From IMG/VR virus record IMGVR_UViG_2925939204_000001: 64,000 nucleotides of DNA. One strand, written 5' to 3'. The position numbers were made by a program, and so were the translations under genes. Below, piece after piece: positions 38,030 through 48,685 of the stretch. The number at the start of each line of letters is the position of its first letter. The stretch's first letter is position 1. The stretch comes from a virus (lineage: Duplodnaviria > Heunggongvirae > Uroviricota > Caudoviricetes). A model generated the notes under the pieces. That model worked only from the letters and a program-made list of their open reading frames with translations, searched no databases and had not been told where the DNA came from.

Positions 38030-41016
38030 TTATGAATGCTGATAAAACGAACAACATAATGACACTATCCTCTGGTGTCTCACAGCCGTTGCTTGCTGAT
38101 GTTCAATATTTCGAACTCTATAGTAGTCTGGCTCTTAACAGAAAACTAAAAAATATTGTTTTGCCTGGCTTTTACTGTGGATTTGAACCGGTTCCCGGCA
38201 CAGGGTTGAGTGTCCGTATAACTTCTGAAAACTCAGAAGGTAAAGGGGCTGCTTCAGTAGATGTAAATAATGTTCAGATATCCGTTCAGCAAATAGAAGA
38301 TGTGACTGTCTCGGTAAAGGCAGGGGCTACCAACATTATTGTGCTGGAAGCCAATTTTGAACATGGTGTAAAAACGACACAGGTAGATAGCGCATCTTTT
38401 GTCAGTGCTGCAAGAATTTACGCGCGTACGGACAATACTATTGGGCAGAATCAAATTGAATTATGTCGAGTTATCGTGCCTAGCGGCGCAACGGCTGTGA
38501 CTAAAGAAATGATTGTGCTTAAATACCGGGTTAACCGTGCTGTTGGTGTCGAATTCTCTAATGAAATAAGCAGTACAGAAGAAAGAAAAGCGGCTACACC
38601 TCTGGCTGTCAAAACTCTCCATGATTTGGTTGATACAAAAGCCCCGATCAACAGCCCGAATCTGACAGGAACGCCAACAACACCAACAGCGACACAGGGG
38701 ACTAATAATACCCAGATCGCAAGCACGGCTTTCGTTATGGCCGCGATTGCCGCACTTGTAGATTCGTCACCTGATGCACTTAACACTCTGAACGAACTGG
38801 CCGCCGCGCTTGGTAATGATCCGAACTTTTCCGCGACAGTGACTCGCCTGATTGGGGAAAAAGTTGCCAAAGATGGCGACACCATGGAAGGTAAACTTAA
38901 TCTGCCGCAGACCTCTGCATTCGGCATCAATACCGACAACAGACTGGGGGGGAACTCTCTGACGCTGGGCGATCACGATACCGGAATTAAACAGGAAGGA
39001 GACGGCGTATTGTCCGTGTTCGCCAACGGCCAGCGTGTGTTCCTTTTCACGGAAAGAAGTATTACCTCATTAAAAGAGCTTCTGATAGGTGATGCACGTT
39101 ATAGCACCGGTGGTGATGTGTATGGCAGTCAGTGGGGAGACGGTTGGTTGAGTTCCTGGTTAAGTGCCCGCTTTGCAGAGTGTGCCAACGCCAGCCATAA
39201 CCACCCTTGGAGCCAGATTACCGACGTACCAGCAGCCAGCCTCACTCAGAGCGGCATTGTACAACTTAGTAGTGCCACCAACAGCACTTCTGAAACATTA
39301 GCTGCAACGCCAAAAGCGGTTAAAGCTGCATACGATCTAGCAGCCGGAAAGGCACCATCCAGTCATACACATCCCTGGAATCAGATCACCGGTGTGCCAA
39401 CAGCTTCATTGACAGCGAAAGGCATCACTCAGCTCAGTAGTGCCACTAACAGCACGTCCGAAGTGCTGGCCGCCACACCGAAAGCTGTCAAGGCCGCATA
39501 TGACCTGGCTAACGGGAAGTATACGGCCCAGGATGCAACCACGACACAAAAAGGGATAGTTCAGCTCAGTAGCGACACCAACAGCACTTCTGAAACATTA
39601 GCTGCAACGCCAAAAGCGGTTAAAGCTGCATACGATCTAGCAGCCGGAAAGGCACCATCCAGTCATACACATCCCTGGAATCAGATCACCGGTGTGCCAA
39701 CAGCTTCATTGACAGCGAAAGGCATCACTCAGCTCAGTAGTGCCACTAACAGCACGTCCGAAGTGCTGGCCGCCACACCGAAAGCTGTCAAGGCCGCATA
39801 TGACCTGGCTAACGGGAAGTATACGGCCCAGGATGCAACCACGACACAAAAAGGGATAGTTCAGCTCAGTAGCGACACCAACAGCACTTCTGAAACATTA
39901 GCTGCAACGCCAAAAGCGGTTAAAGCTGCATACGATCTAGCAGCCGGAAAGGCACCATCCAGTCATACACATCCCTGGAATCAGATCACTAGTGTGCCAA
40001 CAGCTTCATTGACAGCGAAAGGCATCACTCAGCTCAGTAGCGACACCAACAGCACGTCCGAAGTGCTGGCCGCCACACCGAAAGCTGTCAAGGCCGCATA
40101 TGACCTGGCTAACGGGAAGTATACGGCCCAGGATGCAACCACGACACAAAAAGGGATAGTTCAGCTCAGTAGCGACACCAACAGCACTTCTGAAACATTA
40201 GCTGCAACGCCAAAAGCGGTTAAAGCTGCATACGATCTAGCAGCCGGAAAGGCACCATCCAGTCATACACATCCCTGGAATCAGATCACTAGTGTGCCAA
40301 CAGCTTCATTGACAGCGAAAGGCATCACTCAGCTCAGTAGCGACACCAACAGCACGTCCGAAGTGCTGGCCGCCACACCGAAAGCTGTCAAGGCTGCATA
40401 TGATTTGGCTAATGGAAAGCAAGCGGCAGACACTACGCTCACTGCTCTAGCGGCACTAGCTACAGCAGCAGATAAACTCCCTTATTTCACAGGGGTTGAT
40501 CGTGCCGCGTTAACTGCATTGACAAGTGTTGGACGCGCCATTCTTGGTAAGACCAGTATTCAGAGCGTTCTTGATTACCTTCAATTGGGAGAAGCGGCAA
40601 AAAGGGGCGTGGGCACCGGTAGCAATCAACTCCCTGACATGTCCGCATTTGGTATGTCGCGAAACGGACAAACTGCCTGGGATATTCTCCCAAATGGTAT
40701 GATTCGACAGGCTGGCACTGTGACACTGACACCAGTTGGTAACTTCAACGCGCAGGTGCTTGGTGGGGTGACGTACTACACCCATTACTACAGGATTAAT
40801 TTCCCCAGACAATTCCCAAATGCACAAATAGCAACGCTGGCTACACTAGCGAGTTACGCCTATTCGAACCAGGCAACAATGGCTGGAAAATCACTGGCAA
40901 CGCATCGCGATACTGATTCTGGCACTGACGTATCAAGAACGCGATTCACTGTGGCGTATACGACACCCAATCTCGGCGAAATACCGACAGTGCATTTTGA
41001 ATCAATAGGGTACTAA
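38026..41016 (+). CDS. tail fibre protein with tandem tail-fibre repeats
   Basis: 996 aa; repeated ATPKAVKAAYDLA and HTHPW motifs typical of enterobacterial phage tail-fibre repeats. Confidence 0.8.
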   Translation: MIMNADKTNNIMTLSSGVSQPLLADVQYFELYSSLALNRKLKNIVLPGFYCGFEPVPGTGLSVRITSENSEGKGAASVDVNNVQISVQQIEDVTVSVKAGATNIIVLEANFEHGVKTTQVDSASFVSAARIYARTDNTIGQNQIELCRVIVPSGATAVTKEMIVLKYRVNRAVGVEFSNEISSTEERKAATPLAVKTLHDLVDTKAPINSPNLTGTPTTPTATQGTNNTQIASTAFVMAAIAALVDSSPDALNTLNELAAALGNDPNFSATVTRLIGEKVAKDGDTMEGKLNLPQTSAFGINTDNRLGGNSLTLGDHDTGIKQEGDGVLSVFANGQRVFLFTERSITSLKELLIGDARYSTGGDVYGSQWGDGWLSSWLSARFAECANASHNHPWSQITDVPAASLTQSGIVQLSSATNSTSETLAATPKAVKAAYDLAAGKAPSSHTHPWNQITGVPTASLTAKGITQLSSATNSTSEVLAATPKAVKAAYDLANGKYTAQDATTTQKGIVQLSSDTNSTSETLAATPKAVKAAYDLAAGKAPSSHTHPWNQITGVPTASLTAKGITQLSSATNSTSEVLAATPKAVKAAYDLANGKYTAQDATTTQKGIVQLSSDTNSTSETLAATPKAVKAAYDLAAGKAPSSHTHPWNQITSVPTASLTAKGITQLSSDTNSTSEVLAATPKAVKAAYDLANGKYTAQDATTTQKGIVQLSSDTNSTSETLAATPKAVKAAYDLAAGKAPSSHTHPWNQITSVPTASLTAKGITQLSSDTNSTSEVLAATPKAVKAAYDLANGKQAADTTLTALAALATAADKLPYFTGVDRAALTALTSVGRAILGKTSIQSVLDYLQLGEAAKRGVGTGSNQLPDMSAFGMSRNGQTAWDILPNGMIRQAGTVTLTPVGNFNAQVLGGVTYYTHYYRINFPRQFPNAQIATLATLASYAYSNQATMAGKSLATHRDTDSGTDVSRTRFTVAYTTPNLGEIPTVHFESIGY
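39250..40430 (+). repeat. about four near-identical tandem 300-bp repeats within the tail-fibre gene
   Basis: Identical 60-nt lines recur at 39541, 39841 and 40141. Confidence 0.9.
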
Positions 41017-41018
41017 AT

Positions 41019-41252
41019 ATGGAGAATATCTATTTCAGCCCAACGACCGTTGGTTTTTATGTTTCTGAACAAGAGCGACCTGATGATGCGGTTGAAGTCT
41101 CGCCAGAGGTGGAGGCATTTTTGAGGGAGTGTGTTATCTGGGGAGCGGATACATTTAACGTAGAGCGAGATGCAGCAACGGTGACATATCCAACAGAACT
41201 GCTTGAATATGTCACCACCTACAACGCCCCCGTTAAATATCCTGCGGATTGA
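41019..41252 (+). CDS. short ORF with tail-fibre-assembly-like N-terminus ([14 protein letters not shown]...PDDAVEV) lacking the conserved Tfa C-terminal domain
   Basis: N-terminal motif resembles Tfa chaperones; ends 77 aa in, overlapping the convergent Tfa pseudogene. Confidence 0.4.
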   Translation: MENIYFSPTTVGFYVSEQERPDDAVEVSPEVEAFLRECVIWGADTFNVERDAATVTYPTELLEYVTTYNAPVKYPAD

Positions 41253-41643
41253 CAGGCCATACGGGTTTTGCTGTATCAACGCGCATCAGCAAGACCCGGT
41301 ATTTTTTCCATTCAGATAACGCGGCGGTTTCTTCTGCCGTCGCGATTTCCGCATCAAAAGCATCCTGTCTCTAGGCTATTTCCTTATCAGCCATAGAACG
41401 CAATACCGTTCTTTTCTGTTCAGCCTGAATAATCTGTTGTTCAGCGGAGAGTGGCGGGATATCAATCCACGCAGGATTACCATTTTTATCAGCCCCCAGC
41501 GTTTTGCCTTGTGGCGCTACGCCTGTGTAAATTGCCATTGTTTCATCATCAACATCAACGCCATTTTCAGGCCATGAACCGGCGCTGATATATACCTCTT
41601 TTAGTGCTTTCGGATAGAAAGAGCCTTTATAAAATTTATTCAT
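41233..41643 (-). pseudogene. tail fibre assembly (Tfa) gene interrupted by an in-frame TAG (41371-41373)
   Basis: N-terminal 90 codons then TAG then 45 codons in the same frame ending with the conserved Tfa C-terminus [36 protein letters not shown]. Confidence 0.55.
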
Positions 41644-41835
41644 TCTTAATACCCCAGCGCGATAAAACAACAATCTTTGGTGCCCTCTCCGGATGGCGAC
41701 CAGTTCTGAATACTGATATGCGTTCTGCTGGCAATACGCACATTCATCGCGGCATTGTAGCCAGATGTTCCACGGTTTCCGGTCGCAAATAAGCCTGCAT
41801 AGGGAAAAGCAAATGGTAAGCCGCTCTAACTGCTA

Positions 41836-42012
41836 TACGACCAAGGCTTCATCTCTGGAAAACATACGCAGAACCTTTTTTAACCCTTGGCGTTTAGCCT
41901 TTTTGCCACTCGCTTTGCCCTCAAAAATTAGCTCACATCCTGCGCTTTCAAGGGGGCGTTGCAAAGCGGTGTTTTGGTCATTTGTTGATATGCGAATGTA
42001 TCTAATAAGCAT
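41836..42012 (-). pseudogene. N-terminal fragment of a Cin/Gin/Hin-type serine DNA invertase, stopped by TAG where Trp is expected and degenerate thereafter
   Basis: MLIRYIRISTNDQNTALQRPLESAGCELIFEGKASGKKAKRQGLKKVLRMFSRDEALVV* aligns with invertase N-termini including the catalytic Ser; next codons QLERL match the expected W-KLDRL. Confidence 0.6.
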
Positions 42013-42117
42013 ATGTCTCCCCTTGTATGTTAAGGAAGGAGATTTTAGAAGATGTCCTGTAAGGAAATAACAAACTGACTAAGGTAGTGGCGCATTAGAT
42101 GTTATTTCTGGAGGGGT

Positions 42118-42444
42118 ATGTTTGCAGATTATGAAAATCTGGCTGTAGTAGTCATAACATCCCTACTAAGTGGAACCGGCGTATTCCTTCTCGGAGTTAG
42201 AGACGGGCGCATTTCTGCGTCCCTGCTCAATCTTGCGAGTGAATTGTTTACTGCGGTAACAGCCGGGCTTGCGGGGTATGGGGTGGCGGTTAGCCAAGAA
42301 TGGCCTGAAGGTATCATTTTCTGCGTTGTTCTGATTGCCAGTAACAACGGTAGTGAAATTTTACAGGGCTTGAAGTCCAGAGCTAGTAACGTCTTGAATC
42401 TCTTAAGCGTAATAGCGAATGGGGGAAAAGGTGGAGAGAAATAA
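42118..42444 (+). CDS. holin-like small membrane protein (three predicted TM segments)
   Basis: 108 aa with three hydrophobic stretches and charged C-terminus. Confidence 0.4.
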   Translation: MFADYENLAVVVITSLLSGTGVFLLGVRDGRISASLLNLASELFTAVTAGLAGYGVAVSQEWPEGIIFCVVLIASNNGSEILQGLKSRASNVLNLLSVIANGGKGGEK

Positions 42445-42890
42445 TGGGTAACTTTGGAAATTATTTCATTTTTATCATGGCATTTGTTGCCATCATTGAC
42501 CGTTTCATTTTTCGTCGCAAGAGTGTTGAGATTTTGAGTATTGGTGACGCTGTAGTGAAAGAATCCGCTATAGCATTTCCTGTTTCGCTACGTGTTAAGC
42601 GAAGCTGGTTCAGCAATGCTCAAATCGAATATTGGTTGCAAGACCTGAAAAATCCATCTGTGGTTATTTCAGGGAAAACGCGACCAGTTGACGCTTCAAA
42701 ACGCGGTGAGAGAGAAGAGTATTTGCTCATCGATACGAAATATCTTGAGCCAACGAAGTGGGATCTGAAAGTCACATTGACTAACGGTAACTGCCGACTG
42801 AATCCGCTTTATCGCATTTTCCCTATCAATGACTGCATAGAGCGCCAGTTTACGATCGAAAAGCGTGAAGGAGACTGGGATGTCAAATAA
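42444..42890 (+). CDS. membrane-anchored protein (antiholin/lysis-associated candidate)
   Basis: N-terminal TM FIFIMAFVAIIDRFIF; coupled start (TAATG). Confidence 0.3.
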   Translation: MGNFGNYFIFIMAFVAIIDRFIFRRKSVEILSIGDAVVKESAIAFPVSLRVKRSWFSNAQIEYWLQDLKNPSVVISGKTRPVDASKRGEREEYLLIDTKYLEPTKWDLKVTLTNGNCRLNPLYRIFPINDCIERQFTIEKREGDWDVK

Positions 42891-43500
42891 GAATAATTAT
42901 GTTCTTCTTAATTATGATGAGTTAAACGAAAAGGGGCTGGCAAAACTCGTCAAAGAAATCAGCAAAGGTGGTTACAAGATAGCGAGGGTGATCCCTGCAA
43001 GTAATGGCAGGAAGAAAGATGGGATCATGACGCGCACGTTTACCCTTATTGGTATTGATGAACAGACAATGGAAGTTCAGGTTAACGATACCGGTGATAT
43101 ATCTGGGATCAAACTGAATGGTAAAACAGTACCGTTCAAGCCAGTAAAAACAATGTCGTCTTTGGGGCAATCTCTTGCGGCTTTATTTAATCGTGGAGCA
43201 ACTTCTTTCCAGAAGTCATTAGCTCGAAAACTTGCTCGTGCAGCAAAAAATATTGACGACGGAAATAAGAAGCGGCAGGGAGTTAAATCTAGCGCTCAGA
43301 AATTAGCTGAAGCGAAAGAATCACGTGATGCACTCCGTGAAGATATCGCTAATGCTAACGACAAACTGTCTAAACTCCAGAGCAAGTCAGACAAAGTAAT
43401 GCAAGATACGGGTAATGTTAAAGCTGCCTTGTCTCAGGAAGTAGCTAAGACACGTGCTCTTAAAGAAGAAATCGCGCGCCTGGAGGATGAGCATGATTAA
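42880..43500 (+). CDS. coiled-coil protein, candidate Hdf-like component of a Dar-type anti-restriction operon
   Basis: ATG at 42880 after GGAG; size and order relative to the following large gene. Confidence 0.3.
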   Translation: MSNKNNYVLLNYDELNEKGLAKLVKEISKGGYKIARVIPASNGRKKDGIMTRTFTLIGIDEQTMEVQVNDTGDISGIKLNGKTVPFKPVKTMSSLGQSLAALFNRGATSFQKSLARKLARAAKNIDDGNKKRQGVKSSAQKLAEAKESRDALREDIANANDKLSKLQSKSDKVMQDTGNVKAALSQEVAKTRALKEEIARLEDEHD

Positions 43501-45430
43501 CAATCCTTTACGAATTAATATTCAGTCTACTTTTGCTGATACGATCCCCGGCTATATGCCAAGTCGCTGGTCTTCAGAAGAATTAAGCGAAGATGACCTG
43601 ATTTTTGAGGCGGCGACCTTAGAAGATATTGAGCTTGCCTATATGGGCAATGAAATTCTGGTTGTGTCTGACGAAGCTATGTTTGAGTCCATAACTACAA
43701 CCAGAATTCGGTTAGCTCAAACAATGCGAGCTTTCGTCCGTGCGCTGAATCGTGGCCTGAATGGTACGAATATTATGGCAGGGACTGATGAAGCTGGGAC
43801 CGATGAAAATGGACGTAATTGTATTGGTGGTGCGATTATCGGTCGTGTACGTCGGGTAGCTAATATCCCTGTTTTGACCGCGCAGATACCGCTTACTGAC
43901 GGGCAGAGTACAAGCATAATTTTCCACTCTCCAACAGCTGACGGGGCAAAAATAAAGAGTAACGACGAGCTTGTTGCATTTCAGTTTTTACTTAATAAGC
44001 GTAACGTAACTCACGTTGTCGCCCCGATTGGTGGGAGAGATGTTTCTTTAAGCCAGGTATGCCAGGCGCTATCTAATTTGATTGAGCGTAACAGCGAAAA
44101 ATTTAAGAAAGCAAAAGAGCGCCAGGATAAAATGAAGGCAGATATTGAGAGTTATCTCAATGAAGCAGATAAACTGGCAGAAGAACGGTCAATAATGATT
44201 GATCAGGTGGACGTTGCGCAACGTGGGCTGACTGAAAAGCGTGCTGCTCTTACGGAGATGCAAAAAAAACTTGATGCCCAGAAAGCCATCAACGAGGAAT
44301 TACAAGAAAAACGCGATAAATTGTTGTCTGCTAAAGGTGAAAAAACGAAGGAACGAGCGTTTAGTGACCAGCTGCGACATGTAAAACATAATCTTGCCAT
44401 TGACGGAAAAACAGTGCTGGATAATGGCGCTGAAGTTAATTATATCACGTCCGGCAGTGACAATTTCGTTACGATAATAGCACCTGAAGGTAAATTCAGT
44501 ATTGATGCCAGTGCTGTCAAAGGAGGCAGTTTGGCAGATGCTGCAACCAAATTACTTAAAGCCTACCGAGAGCATAACGCAGATAAATATAAAGTTGATG
44601 TGTTACCAGGCCAGCAGGAAGACCCCGAACCACCACAGACAGACCCCGAGACGAACCCAGTATCACAACCAGAGAGCCAGGATGTAGGTAAATACCACTA
44701 TGCACTTCAATCTCGCCCGGCTGGTGTTGGTGCTGTGCCGGATGGAAATAAAGCCGTGCTTGATCGTCCTGACCAGGCTGATCAGTATTACGAATATGCT
44801 CGTCACGGTATCATTACGTATGACCGTAAACTGACAGATGAAGAAGTCAGCCAGTACGAGTTGCTCTATCTTCCTGATGAAGATGAGCTGAAAGATTTTG
44901 CAGACCAATTGGTTGCGTCCAGCATGTCGAAACATATTGATGGCTATGTGGACCTGTTTGGCAGTGACCTGAAAACATTCAAGGCGCAAGTGAAAATTCT
45001 TTTCCGCAAAGAGTTTCCGAACGTGGCTTATCCGCTTGGTGATGGGGAGAACCTTTTCATTATGGACGTATATAACGCCCTTCAAAATCATTCAAACGAA
45101 GCAACGCCAGAGCCTGAATTAGCACCTGTAGTTGAGCCAGAATCCCACCCACAAACAGAACCAGAGCAACAGCCAACGCCGGAAGACGCTGGAGAAGCGG
45201 CAACTGAAGCAGATCAGGAAGCAGATAAAGCGTTGGAGTACCTTAAATCCGTCCCGGTGCAGTTTACATCCCGCGATCTGACGGTAATCAGTGCCGAACT
45301 TGACCATGTGCAGGAAGCTGCAAACGCTCTTATCAGTGCTGGTCGATACGACGAGAACGAATCAACGGTTGGCGCAGCAGTTGACTACCTGATCAACATC
45401 CTGGCTGAAATTCAGCAGGGAGGTGCTTAA
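43493..45430 (+). CDS. large acidic coiled-coil protein, candidate DarA-like packaged anti-restriction protein
   Basis: About 646 aa; operon order after lysis-like genes as in the P1 dar operon; no sequence-level confirmation. Confidence 0.3.
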   Translation: MINNPLRINIQSTFADTIPGYMPSRWSSEELSEDDLIFEAATLEDIELAYMGNEILVVSDEAMFESITTTRIRLAQTMRAFVRALNRGLNGTNIMAGTDEAGTDENGRNCIGGAIIGRVRRVANIPVLTAQIPLTDGQSTSIIFHSPTADGAKIKSNDELVAFQFLLNKRNVTHVVAPIGGRDVSLSQVCQALSNLIERNSEKFKKAKERQDKMKADIESYLNEADKLAEERSIMIDQVDVAQRGLTEKRAALTEMQKKLDAQKAINEELQEKRDKLLSAKGEKTKERAFSDQLRHVKHNLAIDGKTVLDNGAEVNYITSGSDNFVTIIAPEGKFSIDASAVKGGSLADAATKLLKAYREHNADKYKVDVLPGQQEDPEPPQTDPETNPVSQPESQDVGKYHYALQSRPAGVGAVPDGNKAVLDRPDQADQYYEYARHGIITYDRKLTDEEVSQYELLYLPDEDELKDFADQLVASSMSKHIDGYVDLFGSDLKTFKAQVKILFRKEFPNVAYPLGDGENLFIMDVYNALQNHSNEATPEPELAPVVEPESHPQTEPEQQPTPEDAGEAATEADQEADKALEYLKSVPVQFTSRDLTVISAELDHVQEAANALISAGRYDENESTVGAAVDYLINILAEIQQGGA

Positions 45431-45804
45431 TGACTATCTCTGTTTTAGACCGTCTGAAATTGGGTAAAGAGCTATCAGATTTAATGCAGGCGCAGAAAAC
45501 CGCGCCAGTATTACAACGCGTCGCAATTGGTAAGCAGATTGTTGATCTGATGCTTAAGCTGGGGCTGGGTGCTGCCGCTCAACCGATATCGGAACCGCAA
45601 CCGCACCCACAGTCTGATCCTGTTGCAGATGAAGTTCCTAAGATAGTGACTGACTTCCTGGGCGGTGTGTTCACAAAGTCCACACAAATGGAATTTATTG
45701 ATGCGCTGCGTGGGATCTCAAACTATGTTGGCGAGTTCCTTACGTTGGAGCAGGCTAAAGAGCAGACCATCGGTTGGGTTAAAGCCAACGGATATGCCGG
45801 ATAA
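45430..45804 (+). CDS. hypothetical protein (DdrA-like by position)
   Basis: ORF track; TAATG coupling with the upstream gene. Confidence 0.35.
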   Translation: MTISVLDRLKLGKELSDLMQAQKTAPVLQRVAIGKQIVDLMLKLGLGAAAQPISEPQPHPQSDPVADEVPKIVTDFLGGVFTKSTQMEFIDALRGISNYVGEFLTLEQAKEQTIGWVKANGYAG

Positions 45805-45834
45805 TCCAAAGGGGCTGAAATACCCCTTTCACTT

Positions 45835-47225
45835 ATCCAGTGCGCCATAAAACCCCGTCCTTCAGGGCGGGGATATAAGGCGCGGTTTTCCACCTAAATT
45901 TTTTTGTTTAAAATAGCGGGATGAAACGACTACAGGCATTTAAATTCCGGTTAAGACCAGATGGTCAACAGGAGCGAGAAATGAGGCGCTTCGCGGGAGC
46001 TTGTCGTTTCGTTTTCAATCGTGCTCTGGCGCTTCAGAATGAGAATCATGAAGCCGGGAACAAATATATTCCTTACACAAAAATGGCTTCCTGGCTGATT
46101 GAGTGGAAAAATGCCTCTGAAACGCAATGGCTTAAAGATTCTCCCTCACAGCCATTGCAGCAATCACTGAAAGACCTTGAGCGGGCCTACAAAAATTTCT
46201 TCCAGAAGCGTGCGGCTTTCCCCCGATTCAAAAAGCGGGGACAGAATGATGCATTCCGCTACCCGCAGGGCGTTAAGCTCGATCAGGAAAACAGCCGTAT
46301 TTTTCTGCCGAAACTGGGCTGGATGCGCTACCGGAACAGCCGTCAGGTCACGGGTGTTGTGAAAAATGTCACTGTCAGCCAGTCCTGCGGTAAGTGGTAC
46401 ATCAGTATTCAGACAGAAAGTGAAGTATCAACTCCGGTTCACCCTTCAGCATCAATGGTCGGGCTGGATGCTGGCGTGGCTAAACTCGCCACGCTGTCAG
46501 ATGGCACAGTCTTTGAGCCTGTAAACAGTTTTCAGAAAAACCAGAAGAAGCTGGCGAGACTTCAGCGACAGTTAAGCCGCAAGGTCAAATTCAGCAACAA
46601 CTGGCAGAAGCAGAAACGCAAAATACAGCGACTGCATTCCTGTATCGCAAATATCCGCAGGGACTACCTTCACAAAGTCACAACGACCGTCAGCAAAAAC
46701 CACGCAATGATAGTCATTGAGGATTTGAAGGTCAGCAACATGTCAAAGTCAGCAGCGGGTACGGTCAGCCAGCCGGGGCGCAATGTCCGGGCAAAATCAG
46801 GTTTAAACCGTTCGATACTGGATCAGGGCTGGTATGAAATGCGCCGCCAGCTTGAGTACAAGCAGCTCTGGCGTGGCGGTCAGGTGCTTGCTGTTCCGCC
46901 AGCGTACACAAGCCAGCGTTGCGCGTACTGTGGTCATACAGCGAAAGAAAATCGCCTGTCACAAAGTAAATTCGAGTGCCGGGCATGTGGATATACAGCG
47001 AACGCCGATATAAACGGCGCTCGTAACATTTTAGCGGCGGGACACGCCGTTCTTGCCTGTGGAGGGATGGTGCAGTCAGGCCGCCCGTTGAAGCAGGAAC
47101 CCACCGAAATGATTCAGGCAACAGCCTGAGCGTAGCAGGAATCCATGTTCTTGAGGGCGTGGAGGATGTCAACTGTTCTCACATAAATCACACACTTTTT
47201 ACACTTCCAGCTTTCTCTATAGGGG
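45835..47225 (+). mobile_element. IS200/IS605-family element carrying only tnpB, with subterminal hairpins; boundaries approximate
   Basis: TnpB ORF flanked by imperfect hairpins (AACCCCGTCC-ttca-GGGCGGGG at 45851-45874) and no TnpA gene. Confidence 0.55.
45921..47129 (+). CDS. tnpB: TnpB (OrfB) RNA-guided endonuclease, apparently intact
   Basis: RuvC-like residues in GLDAGV, IVIEDLK and [10 protein letters not shown]; C-terminal zinc finger CAYCGH...CRACG. Confidence 0.85.
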   Translation: MKRLQAFKFRLRPDGQQEREMRRFAGACRFVFNRALALQNENHEAGNKYIPYTKMASWLIEWKNASETQWLKDSPSQPLQQSLKDLERAYKNFFQKRAAFPRFKKRGQNDAFRYPQGVKLDQENSRIFLPKLGWMRYRNSRQVTGVVKNVTVSQSCGKWYISIQTESEVSTPVHPSASMVGLDAGVAKLATLSDGTVFEPVNSFQKNQKKLARLQRQLSRKVKFSNNWQKQKRKIQRLHSCIANIRRDYLHKVTTTVSKNHAMIVIEDLKVSNMSKSAAGTVSQPGRNVRAKSGLNRSILDQGWYEMRRQLEYKQLWRGGQVLAVPPAYTSQRCAYCGHTAKENRLSQSKFECRACGYTANADINGARNILAAGHAVLACGGMVQSGRPLKQEPTEMIQATA

Positions 47226-47235
47226 GGAGTGTATT

Positions 47236-48621
47236 TTGAACAAGTCAGTTACTTCTGCGCTTTCCGAGGCCGCAGATATTAACAGCGTCATTGCTCTGGT
47301 TTCTTCATTAGAGAGGAAAGAAACACGCCTTGGGCGAAGTAGCTACGTAGTCACCAGCAAAGGTGCAGAGGTAAAGACGGCTTTTAAGGTCGTTGATGCC
47401 AGCAGTCTGATCATTTCGAACAACCTTGACGGTACGATTAACCTGGCCTTCCCGGAAGAACTCCAACCACGAGATCGTACCCGGCTATCCAGCAAACTCC
47501 AGGTTAACCGTATTGCCTCCAATTTACGCCCGGCACAATTAACGGATTCCGGTATGAGCAGCCACGGAGCGCCGATAGTTGGTCCGGACAACGTTGTAGA
47601 ATCCGGCAACGGAAGGAGTATGGGTATCTGGCGTGCCTATGAGCAAGGACAGGCGGATGAGTATCGCCAGTACCTGATCGACCATGCGAAAGAGTTTGGT
47701 CTGAATCCTGACGAAATTTCGCAAATGTCTATGCCCGTACTGGTGCGAGAAAGACTCACAGATGTAGACCGCGCTCAATTTGCCCGCGATTCAAACATTA
47801 GCGATCTGCAAGAGATGGCAGCAAGTGAAAAAGCGTATGCGGATGCGCAATTTCTCACTGAGAGCGTCATGGCGCTATTTAATCCTTCAGATGATGGAAA
47901 TCTGCTGGCGCGGTCCAATGATGCGTTTATTCGTGCGTTTTTGCGCGAAATTGGCGATACAGCGACGGCAGGCTTGCTTACTGCCGATGGGCGTCCCACG
48001 AAACAGCTTATCGATCGCATCCAGAATGCAATTTTTGCCAAAGCGTACAAGGATGAAAGGCTTGTTCGGCTGGTGTCGGAAGAGCCAGATCCGGAAATGC
48101 GTAATATCCTGACCGCATTAAATACGGCAGCCAGCGATTTTGCGCAAATGCAGTCGCTGTCTGGCGACGCTCACCATGACGCAGTAACAGGCTTAGTGGA
48201 CGGTATAGAGCAGGTTAATGGCCTGGATACACAGGCGATAGCAGCACTCCAGGAAGCAATTAATCTTGTACGTGAAGCCAAAGACAACGGTCAGGCCGTT
48301 GAAGAAGTGATCGCCCAAAGGGGGTTATTCGGCGACAGTACACCGGAAGCTGAGGCATTGGCGCTATTCATCGTAGCAAATAATCGCAGTGCGAAGCGTA
48401 TGGGGGCCGCATTCAAAAAAATGGCGCAAAAAATCAACGACGAGCTGACTCATAAACAACAGGCATTGGGCGATATGTTCGGCGGTGGCGATGTTGATCT
48501 GCGTCGTATTTTGTCTGCTGTATCTGATGAAATTGAGGGTGAATTTGGCGAAGGGAAAGGTCTGAACTTTGCTATGCTTGAAAATTCTACAGATCTAAAT
48601 AATTGCAGTATGGAAAACTAA
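47236..48621 (+). CDS. hypothetical phage protein (DdrB-like by position)
   Basis: TTG start after GGGGGGAG; ORF track. Confidence 0.4.
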   Translation: MNKSVTSALSEAADINSVIALVSSLERKETRLGRSSYVVTSKGAEVKTAFKVVDASSLIISNNLDGTINLAFPEELQPRDRTRLSSKLQVNRIASNLRPAQLTDSGMSSHGAPIVGPDNVVESGNGRSMGIWRAYEQGQADEYRQYLIDHAKEFGLNPDEISQMSMPVLVRERLTDVDRAQFARDSNISDLQEMAASEKAYADAQFLTESVMALFNPSDDGNLLARSNDAFIRAFLREIGDTATAGLLTADGRPTKQLIDRIQNAIFAKAYKDERLVRLVSEEPDPEMRNILTALNTAASDFAQMQSLSGDAHHDAVTGLVDGIEQVNGLDTQAIAALQEAINLVREAKDNGQAVEEVIAQRGLFGDSTPEAEALALFIVANNRSAKRMGAAFKKMAQKINDELTHKQQALGDMFGGGDVDLRRILSAVSDEIEGEFGEGKGLNFAMLENSTDLNNCSMEN

Positions 48622-48685
48622 ACCAACCGCTGAAATCACATACTGATTATGCTGCCGCAAAACTGGAAACAATTTGCGGTGATTC

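Noticed and set aside
38451-38939. Minus-strand ORFs inside the tail-fibre gene
   Set aside because: They are embedded antisense in a long, motif-rich tail-fibre ORF with repeat-driven open frames.
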